Numbered from the whole stretch's first letter, positions 22,845 to 35,567 are shown. The stretch: 63,965 nucleotides of DNA, filler included, from Choristocarpus tenellus KU-1152 (GCA_964200185.2; 11 parts of 11 records of this genome joined end to end with filler, not necessarily neighbours in it), one strand, 5' to 3'. The notes: generated by a model from the sequence alone, not told the origin. Numbers and translations: made by a program.

Positions 22845-25800
22845 ATGCTCAAACGTGGTGAGATCGTTGCGGGTCGTTGGAGGATCGAGGAGAGACTCGG
22901 AAAGGGCACCTTTTGTGAGCTGCACCGTGCAACAGACCTCCGAGGGAATAATGCTGGGGCGGCAGTGAAGGTTGAAGTACAGGGCATGGAAAAGTCTGTT
23001 CTCAAGGCGAGTGAGGGGTGGTGTGCCCAGATTGATAACACATCTATAGATGCTTGCACTGTATGCTCCATGCCAACAATTTTTGAACTCTTTGTGTGTG
23101 AGAGTGTGGTTGATTTGAGATAACCGATACAAAACAGTCTGCTCCAAGGGGTTCCATATGGGGTGCAATAAACTTAAAAACAAAGAAGAGAGGGCGACAA
23201 CTCCGCTGTACGAAAGTATACTGATCCTTATAATATTACCTCTCTCCCGCACTGTCGAACCTCTGACCTTCTTGGGGTCTATGATGAATTGGTAAATTTC
23301 AACCATCGTACCTCTATCGATCACCAGCAGAGCATGCCCCCCTTTCCTTAGCGTTGAACTTTGAACAGAATCACAACGGTTGTGGATACTCAGATTTAAA
23401 TCATATGCCTTGAAACATTGGTTCTAGACCCAGGCCTTACGGTTGGGCGACGAGAATTGAGGACTAATGCGATATTAGTGAGGCGTATGCCCCCACCCCC
23501 CAACCATCCCATCCTCGCATCACGGATGAAGCAATCTATTTTAACCTGTTGATTGCCCTCATTTTAAATTATGGACTCTACTAGTCGACTTTATCCTTTG
23601 TATAGAAGTAATGCTTTCCACTCCCATACTACAAACCACCCTTCTCTTTTGCCACTCCTTTGTACTCCTCACATAGAGACGAGAAGGTATCCATCCACCA
23701 TCAACCCTCAAACCGGCTCTATCCAAAGACCTAACCCTAAATCGTTTTAAAGCATGTGCGCTCCAATCGCGTATGTTGACGCACGTACTTTGAAGAAGAC
23801 AAAAAAAAAAGCCTCAATATGGTCGCGCACAACAGCCACATGTGACACGTGTCTAGCTCGAGTAGGTAACAGGGCCGAACCCCTCCCAAGGTGATTTTTG
23901 ATCGTGAAAAACTCTGTTATGGAGGACCCCTATTTTTCCTTGTGTCATTCCAACAACCCTACCTAGCCCTCATGACTCTAATCATGACTCTAGCATTTCA
24001 CAGTAGCAATGCATTTATATAACGTTCATCGTATACTAGAGGGGGAAAAAAAAAAAAGACTTGCGAGAAGGCAGTAATTTTAATTTTTCTGGTGAGGTTG
24101 GAGGATCAACTGGAGATCGTGCGTGTGTGTGGATGCTTCTTGTCTACCAGGCAAAAATATATATAGTCTGAAAAAGATGGGCTTGTTTTTTGACATTTGC
24201 AGAGGAGGATCCGAATACTATCCGCACTAGCGTTTTAGACCCTGCTGATCTGGCCATACGATTATATCCCTAACCCTAGCCACGGACGTGGCTCTTTATA
24301 GTCGTCACGTGAGGGATGAGGGATTGATTCGATATATGGTGCATATGTATATGACAGACACACTCACTAAACCAATCACTCTGAAGTATCTTGGTAACTC
24401 GCCTGCACGTCACAGCTCGCTGGGGCTGGGGCTGGGGGCTGGTTTAGACACCACATACAGGAGCTATCGATTTTCGAAAGGGTGGTTGGTAAAGGTGTTG
24501 AAACTTGGGTACGAATCATGTATTCCTGCTAATTCTTTTTTTTGTCTCTTCCCTGTGCCGGACTTGCGTACAGACAGGCTTTTTTCTCCTTTTTTGTTTC
24601 TCGATTGCGTCCAACACATTTTGTCCCGGCCAAACGAATCAATCTCCTTTTACATGTGAATGAATCGTTTTGTCAATCCATACATATGTACATATACATA
24701 CGTGCGTGCGTGCATGCGTGCGTGCGTGTCCAGTAGTAAGAACCCCGATGCGACTGTCAACCTTGTCTTCACCCTTGCTCTAACCCTAGCCGTGACATGG
24801 CTGGGGGATGTGAGCCTAGGCCTTGGTCTGATTTGGGGCCTGAGCAGAATTCTAGATGAGACCTAAGTTCGAGCCTGATCCTAGAGCTAAGTCAAACCGA
24901 ATGAGACCTAAGTCTAAACCTTGATTAATCCTGTTTAGGATTTTGGATTGGTTCAGAAATGGGTTTAGAGTTTGGTTTGATGTATAGTTAGGGATAGGGT
25001 TAGGGCTAGGGCTAGCCTCAGGCGTGGGTCTAGACTCCTGCTCAGGACCAAATTTAGGTCAAGACTTAGGCCCATAGTTATTGTCACCGCATGGCCATTG
25101 TCACCGGGGCTTGAACCCTTCATCCAGACCAAATTGAAGTCTAAACCTATATTCCTAGAACTATTCTAATACCTACTCCCAAAATTCAGTGACTCGCATG
25201 TAATCCCCAGCTACCTCCAACCCCAGATCTAGTTACAATACTAAACGATAGCGCTGGTGGGAGTTGCTAGAGAGGATTGTGGATGGAATCTGCACCCGAC
25301 GAGAAAAGACCCCGGTGTATTAACCCCCTAACCCTAACTACCTTCAGGGCTGAATCTAGATAGTACATTACTATACAATAGCACTTGTGGGAGTTGCTAG
25401 AGAGTAGTAGGGGTGGAGTACTAGAGAGGGCTGTGGTTGGAGTCGCTAGAGAGAGGACTGTGGGTGGAGTTGCTAGAGAGGATTGTGGACGGAATCTTCA
25501 CCCGACAAGAAAAAACCTCGGTGTATTAACCCCTAACCCTGACCCTAACTACATGACAACACTGGTGGCGTGATGATGATGAGCAGTGGGAAAACGACGT
25601 TCTCAAGGGTCTCCAGGCTCTCCCGTACGTCCCCCGCCACTATCAATTCACCAAGCATGGCAACAGGGACGCCTTGGTCATGGAGCTGCTATCTGGGGAG
25701 GACATGAGCGCTCTCAGGTGTGGGGAGGAGAGGAGTGATACACTCTTTACGTACTTTCATGTTTTGGAAGGAGGGCGTCTTGAGGAGGTATCTCTCTGGT

Positions 25801-26953
25801 CTCCTGCAGATATTGAACAGACAGACAGGCGGCGTACCATACTTGTTTTTTGGGTTTTTTGGGTTTTTTATGCAGGTATCGACAGCCAAAGCCCGTTGAA
25901 GGTTCATCTGCCAGCAGGAGACCCGGAGGCCTTCCTCTTGGAGTGTGTTGTGATCTCGCCCTGCAGGTGCTCCATCGTTCAATGTGTTTTAACGTTTGCG
26001 TTACGAGAAGATCCAGTTCATTCGATGCTTTGCTGCTGCTGCGGCCTGTTTTTGTTTTTTTTTAATTACCGACAAAAAAAAAGAAATAAAAATTGCCTTT
26101 AGTAAGAGTTATTTGTTCGGGCTAGGGTTATATAGTGTTAGGGTTAGGGTTACAGGGTCAGTGGGCGCGCTGTATGTATGTAGGACCAAGAACGACACTG
26201 TCTGTGATGTGTCCGGGGGGGTGGAGGGGGGGGGGTTCTTTGTAACGTTGAAGTTAATTTTCATAGGTGGTGCTATGTGCCGTGGGCTGCTGATTTCCAA
26301 GTGGACAGAGAGCATCAAAATTTAAAAAAAAAAAAATCTGACTTCCATGATATCCACAGCCCCCTCCCCCCCCTCCCCCGAGTTTTGTTTTTCATCTTTT
26401 TCTTGTTGGTGGTGGGCGGCGGGTNNNNNNNNNNAAGGGAAAAAAAAAAAAAAAAATTAAAAAAAAAAAAAAACCTGCCTTCCATGAAATCCCCACCCCC
26501 CCCCCCCCCCCAGCTTATTTATTTTCTTGAAATTAAACTTTTTGTTTGAGACTGCACGTTCTTGCTGCAGACATCCTTTTGCCTTGTTAGCCGCTCGCTG
26601 CCGTGCTATACTCTGAATCGGTTGAGAGCATTGCGAGTATTTCCAGGCGTTTTTTTTAATCTCAATACTATGTGCATTGCAGAATTTAGTAAAAGATATT
26701 GTGGTCGTGCCTCACTGTAATTATTTTTTTTTTTGTGTGAGAGAATGCTCTTTTCTTTTCTTCTTGGCATTGATGATAAAAAAAAAAAGTAATGATTTCA
26801 GATATTTTTTTTGTGATGTTCTGTTTTTTGTTTTTGAGATGCTGGAGTGTTTGCAAGGTATGCACAGCCAGGGGTACCTTCACCGAGATGTCAAGCCTGC
26901 CAACTTTGTGAGGAGGAGGAAGGGCGGGAGACAGTTCGTTGCAATCGATTTCG
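22845..26953 (+). CDS. CK1-group (tau-tubulin-kinase-like) Ser/Thr protein kinase, subdomains I-VII
   Basis: Exons 22845-23006, 25587-25717, 25876-25966 and 26839-26953 join in frame: LGKGTFCEL, AVKVE, SVLK|WENDVLKGLQ, LVMELL, YLHRDVKPANF, IDFG. Truncated by the contig end. Confidence 0.92.
25255..25550. repeat. Intronic direct duplication of about 85 bp ending in telomere-like repeats, with GGAGTTGCTAGAGAG subrepeats
   Basis: GGAGTTGCTAGAGAGGATTGTGGA...CGGTGTATTAACCCCTAACCCT occurs at about 25260-25340 and 25466-25550. Confidence 0.75.
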
Positions 26954-27964
26954 GTGAGTGAATTGGTGAGGGCAGGGGGGGGGGGGGGGGGGGGGGGGAG
27001 GGTGTTGTTTTGGGGGGGGGGTTATCATTGGGGTTGAAATAGATGGGAAGAGGGTGGTGTGGGNNNNNNNNNNNNNNNNNNNNNNNNNNNNNNNNNNNNN
27101 NNNNNNNTTAATTAATTAANNNNNNNNNNNNNNNNNNNNNNNNNNNNNNNNNNNNNNNNNNNNGTGATCTCTTCGCCACCCTTGCCTGAGTGAACCACGC
27201 CGCCACAGAATCACACCATTCACAAAAATAGTAATTGAAATGTGTGTTGGACTTTGTATCCACCACGTACACAGTATTCTTCTCCATCATACACAAGTTA
27301 TGACAGAGATGGATTCATCCTCATTTCCAAAATATGATATGGAACGTAAGACTTATAGAGATTATGTCAACCACAGATTTTCATCCATCCATTCACAAAA
27401 AAAAGGACGGTACTCTGTTCTCATTCCTAAGAATCTCTAGCGCTGAAATACGGAAGAGATCTGTACACCAACAAATCTAACCCAGATATTCTTCACTGCT
27501 ACGACACATGATAAGTATATTGTTCCACGAAATTTGCAATCTTGTTGTATTTTGTCGGATCTTTCTTTCGTAAATGTACGATATCCTAGCGGAGGGGCTT
27601 TGTATAAACGGAATTATAAACATAATAGCATTCCATTATCAATACTGTTCTTAAAGGGAACCAACATGTCATACACCACATAAAAGTTTCTACTCCTCAA
27701 CCTATAACAAATCAACAAAACAGAAATGGAATGAATTTGTTCAAAAAGGACACCAGAAATCTACTCCAAATACCAATAAATACCTACCCCAAATACACTG
27801 AAAAAATACCTCTTTACCCTTACCATAAACCAAACAAATGTTCTAACCCAAAATACAAACAAACTTTAATATTATTCTGGATATTGATGGCAATGTGATT
27901 GATCCAAGACTCGTTCGTTCTGTTTCAAATGATTTTGAAAATGGAATTCACCTTTTAAGCTACT

Positions 27965-28069
27965 CAATAATCAATGAAATATAACAGTTGCAAAGCTAGT
28001 CAATAATCAATGAAAATATATCAGTTGCAAAGCTAGTCAGTAATCAATGAAAATATAACAGTTGCAAAG
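27965..28069. repeat. Tandem repeat, 3 units of 36-37 bp
   Basis: CAATAATCAATGAAA(A)TATAACAGTTGCAAAGCTAGT repeated three times. Confidence 0.9.
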
Positions 28070-28365
28070 ATTCAAAAAGCAGAGAATGTTTGATCTTCTA
28101 TGCAATACCCCTTACTAATATCTCCTCTTGTCCGTTGAAGGGCAGGACAAGTTTTTTGTTGGTTAGTATTGATGAACACTTTCCATCTGTAGTGAATACC
28201 TTCTTCTGACGTCCTCACGCCCTCAACTATCCAAAGACATTGGGATTCCACTGTAAGTTACAGATTTGGTAAACTGTGAAAGACTATTGTACCTGTTAAT
28301 CAAGGGTGCACACATCCGCAGTAACCCAATCCGTCCTATTCTCCAGTTTGTTCCAATCCTCGAAC

Positions 28366-28962
28366 ATGAAGACCGCCATTGCTCTGCTCGTCTACGGAAA
28401 TGCAGTTGCCACTGCCACGACTTTCAAAGGAGAAGCAACGTACTACGACTACCCAAGCGCTGGAAACTGCGCGATCCGTCATCCCATCCCTGGGATGTAC
28501 GATGGCAAGATCCCAATGGCACTTAATGGTCCCCAGTACGGTCATTCGCAAAGATGTGGGGCATGTGTTAGGGGCAAAGGAACTGGTAAAGGGAGCGGAA
28601 ACTCACCGATCACCGGCGTATTCGAAGGGTATATAATGGACAAGTGCCCTGAATGTAAACACAGCGATTTGGACTTCGGAATGGGTGGGGATGGGCGGTG
28701 GGAAATCGAGTGGGAATTTGTGAAGTGCAAGGGCAGCAAGCCAACGTTCCTATTCGAGGGGTCGAACAGTTATTATATCAAGGTGCAGCCTCGAGGAATG
28801 TCAACGCCCGCCAAAAAGGTGAAAATCGATGGCATCAAGGGAACTCGGACACAAGACAACTTCTTCGAAGTCCACAATGGTGCTGGGTTCCCTCAGGAGT
28901 TCAAAATAATGGTCAAGACTCGTGATGGCAAGAAATACAAGTCCAAGGTTTCCTTGCCGTGA
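28366..28962 (+). CDS. Secreted expansin-like protein (EXLX/YoaJ type: DPBB + CBM63), 198 aa, intronless
   Basis: Signal-like MKTAIALLVYGNAVATA. DPBB motifs GEATYY, AGNC, ALNGPQY, CGACV, DKCPEC, DLDF. Linker IEWEFVKC. CBM63-like EGSNSYYIKVQPR and RTQDNFF. ATG at 28366 is preferred over the GTG start in the ORF track. Confidence 0.9.
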   Translation: MKTAIALLVYGNAVATATTFKGEATYYDYPSAGNCAIRHPIPGMYDGKIPMALNGPQYGHSQRCGACVRGKGTGKGSGNSPITGVFEGYIMDKCPECKHSDLDFGMGGDGRWEIEWEFVKCKGSKPTFLFEGSNSYYIKVQPRGMSTPAKKVKIDGIKGTRTQDNFFEVHNGAGFPQEFKIMVKTRDGKKYKSKVSLP

Positions 28963-30504
28963 TTATTTCCAAGCTGGTGAGTTACACACCGTCGTGATCT
29001 GAGCCATAGCTTGCCCTGTGTAGAGGTTAAGGCATGAAGTATTGCATGACATACGTTGGACTCATTCAATTCAATCTTCAAGAGGTGGGTACTGCGAGAA
29101 CTGTTTTGATTGCCCGCTTTCCTGTCCTTGTCTCCGCAGGTATGTACAGACCAATGCAAAGCCTCGAAGGTACTGTACGAGCTTAGTGTCTATCTAGTAG
29201 ACATCTGCAGCTATGGTGAAGGATATCCAATAGAACTACTTGTTGATTGCAAGGTGTATTATTGTTTGCGAACATTGAAGCTTCTTTTTGTTTTGGTCGA
29301 GATTCTAGTCTCATTTTGGAATAGTTTTGATACAGTGTCAATAAATAGTAGTGAATAGTGAGTGGTGCCACAGACATCATGTTTTTGGAGTGAAGTCTGA
29401 TCGCTTGGAAGTGAACACATTCCTAGTGCTTGTGGTATTTACCACAAAGCAACTCACTCCAAATAAGAATAAAGGAGTTCCTATATTTAGTCTTAGCGTA
29501 TTAGACTACTAGGTTTGAAAAGGAGTACTGTTGATGATACTTCAGACGCGAAAGGGTAATACATCGATTGAATAACAACAATTTCTGGAGTAGAGGTTTT
29601 TGGCACTGATCGCCTATGCACACCATTCCTTTCTTCATGTAGGCAGTTTTCATTATGAGGAGATATCCCTTTGGTGAACGATACATCCTTTGCGCATGGA
29701 GTGTACGAAAAATCCACCTTCGACTAATAATTCGATGAGTACAGACCTTTCACACTGGTGTGATCTTTAAGATGCAAATCACTGTTGTAATTATTGATAT
29801 ATTGAACATTGAGTCAACAGGTAAGGGCACAAGACCACTACCATATCACATTCACATTCTCCACTCGCCTGTCTCTGGGTTCTTGGTCCATACTGGCCAT
29901 TTACACAAATAGGAGTAGATAAGCCTCTATACTTTGAAAAAACAGTTATTAATTTGTTGTTCCTTTCACCTTTTTATGACAAGCAGGAAACTTTATGCGT
30001 GTGTACTGTGCACGGTGTTTATGTTAGCATTGTGTGTATGTGTATATTCTCCAACCATAGGGTGATGTCAGGTCAGGCACCGTACATGATTCACTTCAAA
30101 GTAGTACATCGTAAGTACTAATTGCTATCTCCGTGAAGGGTGCTACTGCTTCAGTTTAATGCCCACTAATATTTGGCGGAGGTGTAATCAGGAGGGACAA
30201 CATAGGCTTCTTGGTTTTGATTGCAATGAAGATAAAACTGTCATGATAGGCCTGAATCAGGTGGGGATGCTCTGGTGCATATATTATATGTATTGATTGC
30301 AGTCAATGTATGAAGAGAGGTTATAATGGGGTTGTACAAATGGATAGGTACATTTTCTTGGAAGATGGGCACTACTTGGGTATAAACCACTATGAATACC
30401 TCTAATGAAGTGCTGACAGTAAATGTGTAACTCGTGTCCATTCATTGCATTAGATACTCCCAGGATGAGCTTATGTTGAATTTTATTAAATATAACACAG
30501 GTAG

Positions 30505-30906
30505 GAGTGAGAGTATTTTAGAGGGTACGAGTTTTGCCCTGTTTGTCTGCTTAGGGCTTGGCTTCCCATGAGCTTTTTTTATGTCATTTTCCTACTCCAA
30601 ATCGTTTGGGAGTAGGTAAAATGTATACGTTATGAAAAGGTGTCCAGAAAAAGGATAGGATCAAAGTATCTGGGGGGGGGGGTGTCGGCGTCCGTTTTTC
30701 ATCCTNNNNNNNNNNTCGCATTTATCTGATTTAAAATTTCAACTAAAATAAGCGTTTTTTGACCGAACCGGACGCCCCCCCCCCCCCAGATACTTTGACC
30801 CAAATTGACACTTCCTAACAAACATGATAGCAAAAATTACATAAATCGCAACCTTGGATTTTGGCCCAAAATGGTCGCAGCTTTACCCTCTAAGAAACTT
30901 TGGGTC
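30505..30906. mobile_element. MITE family C interrupted by a nested family B MITE at 30658-30801
   Basis: Removing 30658-30801 and a 3-bp duplication (ATA/AAA) restores GGATATTGACAC as in the uninterrupted copy at 60808-61066. Confidence 0.88.
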
Positions 30907-32416
30907 AAGGTGCTGTGCTGTGGCAGAGCCTCTCTCTGACACAGCCGAAGCAAATAGTTTGTGTGATTAATACTACTACCTCTTCTACTCTGTAGTACAA
31001 CAAACAGCATGAAGGCACTCACACAACAGATGATTTTGAATATGCTGAGAACTACTACCCTTATCATCGAAGTAACACACACTTTCTACTGCAGCTTCTA
31101 TTAGCACCACTATACTGCCTATGTGGTAGCGCTATTATAGTGCTTGGTTTACTCTTACTATTGCTGGTGCTAACTATGTCGTTGCTCTTCTTGATCTTCT
31201 CCTACTGGAAGAACGGAAAAATACGATTGAAATTGAATATCATTGATGGATAGCAATAGCAACAGCAACAGCAACAAGAACAACATTCACACCAATGTAG
31301 CAGGGGAGTAGGAGAACGAGGATCTGAAGAGGATCAGAATCAGCAGTGCAGCAATAGCATCTATAGTAGTAGCAAGAATAAGGTAGAAATAGATGGAGAG
31401 AATGTAGAATAGAACGAGAAGACTGGGAAACGATGAAGAATGAAAGTACGTACTCAACCAACTTGCTGAGAAAAAAGATTTATCTTACCACTCTAAACGT
31501 CAAACAATCGAATCAATATTTCTGAACAAGTATCAGTAATCAATACCAATGCTAGTAGCATTAATAATATCAAAAATTAACGTTTGCAAAATGGTAGTAG
31601 TAGGAGAGGTGAAGTGCATGTGATAACTCCCATGTCTTTCGTAACCGCTCCTGTCATACTTTTTTTAGTTCTTCAAACAAACCTTAAGGGTGTTTTTCAC
31701 ACACAGATGAGGGTTAACATTTGGGTTAGGGTTCGGGTTCGGTTCTCCAAAATGTGTGTGAAAGTGTGAAAGGTGGATCATGGAGAGGTGGGGATTCCAC
31801 CGTTCATACTGTACTCCTCCGTCACTTCTTCTAGAAATGTTTGCTTGGCTAGTTAGGGATATTCTTCACACATAAGTTGCAGTTAGAGAGAGAGCTAGGG
31901 GTTAGATTTCCAAAAATATATTAAAAAAAGCGAGATAAATATTGCAGTGGTGGTATACGAACACAGGGTGTTTTCCCTGTGCACTACAACGGAGAGGCCT
32001 TTCACAAGGTAGATATTGATACAATCGGATATGTGAACGCATGATGATGACTTGCCACGACGTATTGACTCCTATGTCTACAATAGTACGACTTCATCCC
32101 TCCATTAGTTCAGGAAATTCTATGAGCGCGTGTACACATTGTTACAGTTGCTTTTTAAAAGAGGCGTGATAATGTTTATAGCTTTTGGAATTGTTACCCT
32201 ATGTCACACTTACGAAAATGAACATGTGTTGTTTTAGGGTATGTTAAAGAAACTGGTGTTCCCAAGACTTGTGTGTGTAAATAACTCGATTATTTCCTCA
32301 TTATGTAGAACAGGCTNNNNNNNNNNNNNNNNNNNNNNNNNNNNNNNNNNNNNNNNNNNNTTAATTAATTAANNNNNNNNNNNNNNNNNNNNNNNNNNNN
32401 NNNNNNNNNNNNNNNN

Positions 32417-32493
32417 TCCTGATCAGGGCCCAAATGGGCACCCTGGTGTAGACCCCCCCCCCCGCCCCTCCCCTCCCAAAGATATTTTGAGCC
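32417..32493. mobile_element. MITE family A end at the contig start
   Basis: CCAAATGGGCACCCTGGTGTAGACCCC...AGATATTTTGAGCC. Confidence 0.75.
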
Positions 32494-33153
32494 AAGGCTG
32501 TCCTTTGGTGCAAAAGGCAAGAACAGTTTGCTGTGCTTGATTGTGGTGGGATCACAGGTAGTTGCTAAGGTAATGATTTCTCCATATCCAGCATACTTGT
32601 GCAGACAAAACACCTGTCTATAAAAATTATAATTTTTGTGCAGTGTTACTGGTATTCACATCACATAGAGCCAGTGCACCCCCCGTTCCTTCTCCTTCAA
32701 ATTACAGAAGGGATGGATACCTTGATGGTGGAGAACAGAGATAGATTGTGCTGAGACCCATTCTGGTGGCCTTATGCCCCTTACCAATTTGCACTACAAT
32801 TCTAGTGACACGTATTGAGATACATGTTTAAAAACTCACAAGATGATACTCAATATTGCACAAGGCGCTTACTTCCATAGGCAACGCACATGCCCAATTC
32901 CTCTCCCCTACTTACTACCTCTGAGCGCAAACCACATCCTGGTCCTACGTGCGGTCGATTCACTTGGCCTAGCAATTAACCTAGTGAGAACAGCATACAT
33001 ACCTTAGGTTCTGTCTGAGAGTCAGACCTTGCAGAACCTGGGCACGTCTATAAGAAGGACAAGCACATTGGAGATGATTGGGTGTCAAATTGAGACACAA
33101 ACAGGTGTGTCAATCAAGGAGACATGAAAAATGCCAAGATGTAAATAAGATAT

Positions 33154-33429
33154 GGTCCATATTATCTTAGAAGGGGGGGGGGGGTGTTTAACCCAGGTTG
33201 TCCATTCGAGGCTTGATGGTGTGTTGGAAGATACCCCAGTTTGATGCCTGTTTTGAGAGCGATTTCCTTTGGATTTGGTTCAGGGCAGGAGGGGTGGAAA
33301 AGGAAGGTGATGTAGATGAAGAAAATTGACCTTACATCCGGCATGTTCACCCATATGACATGGAGATCACTACAGGTTCACACAGGCCCCAAATGGACAC
33401 CTGACCCCCCCTCTAGGATACTATGGGCC
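33154..33429. mobile_element. MITE family D
   Basis: TIR GGTCCATATTATCTTAGAAGGGG / CCCCTCTAGGATACTATGGGCC flanked by TAT/TAT; subterminal TGTCCATT and CCAAATGGACA as in families A and C. Confidence 0.82.
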
Positions 33430-34088
33430 TATTTCATCCCGACTTCGGGCCCACAAGGAAACTCTGAACCACTGGAGCATGGAATAGGTGTGTATATTAG
33501 GCACAGGACAAATGTCTACGGCGTTTTTTTTGTGCAATGATGATTCACTCTGAACTGTGCTGGAGAGTAGGACTCAAGACACAAGAGAGCTTTTCAAAGT
33601 ATTTGTTCTACCAACAGTGTTGAGTAGTGTCAAGCAATTTAAATTACTTGAGGTGGGCGTGTGGTTCAGCTTTACACATAGTTTTGAAAACAAATGTGCA
33701 TTCTAAGACCACGTGTTGCCATTTATTTTAGTAGAATTTCTGCTTGCTGTCCTTTGCCCTGGTTTTTCTTGTTCTGGTAAGGAATCTATACTAAACTGTC
33801 ACGATATTTTATTTTTCTTAAGTAGGTTAAGGTTGATACAATATTTCTTTCATCACGCAGAGGGCAGGATTTGAGAAATTTAGGACTTGTACTGCACATA
33901 TTGTATAGTTTTTGGAGACCCAGAGTGCAATGGAAAGGATGTAGTTCAAGTGTACATTAATGCAATAAGGGCGTCCTATTTCTCTTCAGTGAATATTAAT
34001 TCGGGCCGAGTTGTAGGAGCCATTCTTGTGCTATCAAGTGGCATGTGGATTTACAGAAGAGCCGCAAAAAGGACTTCCACCATCGCAC

Positions 34089-35567
34089 CTTTTTTTGCGA
34101 ACGGCACAAGTTGAAACGCTTTTCAGTCTCAGTAGCAGGCTGCTCAAGGTGAACTGCGGCAAGGGAAATCCCTGCTGTACCCCGGACCACCCAGGGGTCA
34201 TCTCGTCCGGGAAGGTCAAGAATGGCCTTTCCAAGAGCCACCTTGTCAGAGCTTGACTGTGCTGCTCCTCCTACGGACTTGCATATTCGTGCAGGTTGAG
34301 TGCAATTCGGAAGGTGGGTGGAACTTCAAGTTATAGAGACATGACTGCTAAAGGTTTACCTTGAGTACTTGGGGTGATGGGTATTCCACTGTGGTATAAT
34401 TGCTGATGAGTCAACTGTGTATTGGAGCGCACTCAGTCTGGATTTGGTGTGGGGCTTGTGGAAAGTATTGTGATAACGTTAAGTGTTTGTCTCAGGTGCC
34501 TTGAGACTGAAGAGTGTTGGGAGGTTTAACTGGGGGGCAAGTAGTATGCCAATTGGGTCTCAATGTTTCTCATTGAGAGAGTGCATCTTCCCCCCAGGGT
34601 ATAATTTACTGGGGCACTGATTCAGGTGCAAATTGCGGCTGTTTTAGATCAAGAATAATATTTCCCGACACAAATTAGACAGTGACAGGAAGCGGTGATT
34701 TCCGTTTCAGGTGCGATCCAGGAAGATCGACGTTGCACAGATTTTGATGTCGATTTCTGAAGATGATTCGTTGCTTCTCCATGGTGTGCCTTACGAGTAA
34801 ATATAAACACTTTCAAGAAGACATTCGACAGCTTCATTACAGTACTTTCCTCCCCTAGACAGGCATCCTTTTGGGGTGGTGTGGGTTGGCGCTTGATGTT
34901 TGGGATATATTTGGGTTATGGAAGGGATTTAGAGGGAATTTGAAAGGAGGCTCTGACATTATCAACGTAACCCTGACCACAAGTTTCCGAAGAGTCACAA
35001 ACAATTGATATTATAAATGATTGTGTATTTGGGGGGTTGTTCAGATTGTTCATAAGAACTCTGACGTGCACATGGAAAGATTCGAAGAAAAACTATAGAA
35101 CGCATATGTACTGTAGGAGCCTTAGGGAGGGGAAAGAAGCGATTAAATGGTGCAACTTCTTCGAAACATTTAAGCAAGTGCAATCCATATATAGTGGTCC
35201 AAACATTGCAATGGTCGAACAAACTGTTGGGAATAACCTGCGCCTACCATTACTACCTCAGCGCCTGTTGTCTTTTTTTTAATTTAACGAGTATAGTATG
35301 ACTGTGGGGGGGGCAGCTCACCATTGTGGGCGTGTTGAAAAGATTCTGCATATCCCGTTCGATGTGGGCCCAATTCTTCGAGGCGAGGTGGCGCCGTATT
35401 GAGGAAGGGTACTCAGCGCATGCATTGGCATTTCCCCTTAAATTTTCAAATGCTGGCCTAAGACGAATAGGTCGACCAGAACGTAGTAGGCGAAGATTGC
35501 AGAGAGGGACGTTCGGTCTCTTCTCGAGCAGCAGGCTGTAAGCGGGGCAAAGTTCGCTTCTCCCCAT
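34089..35567 (-). CDS. Possible spliced hypothetical gene
   Basis: ATG-initiated open segment 35567-35322 ends at a GTGAGC donor. Further open, splice-bounded segments lie near 35246-35110, 34855-34795 and 34256-34089. One junction phase is unresolved and no domain was recognised. Confidence 0.35.
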
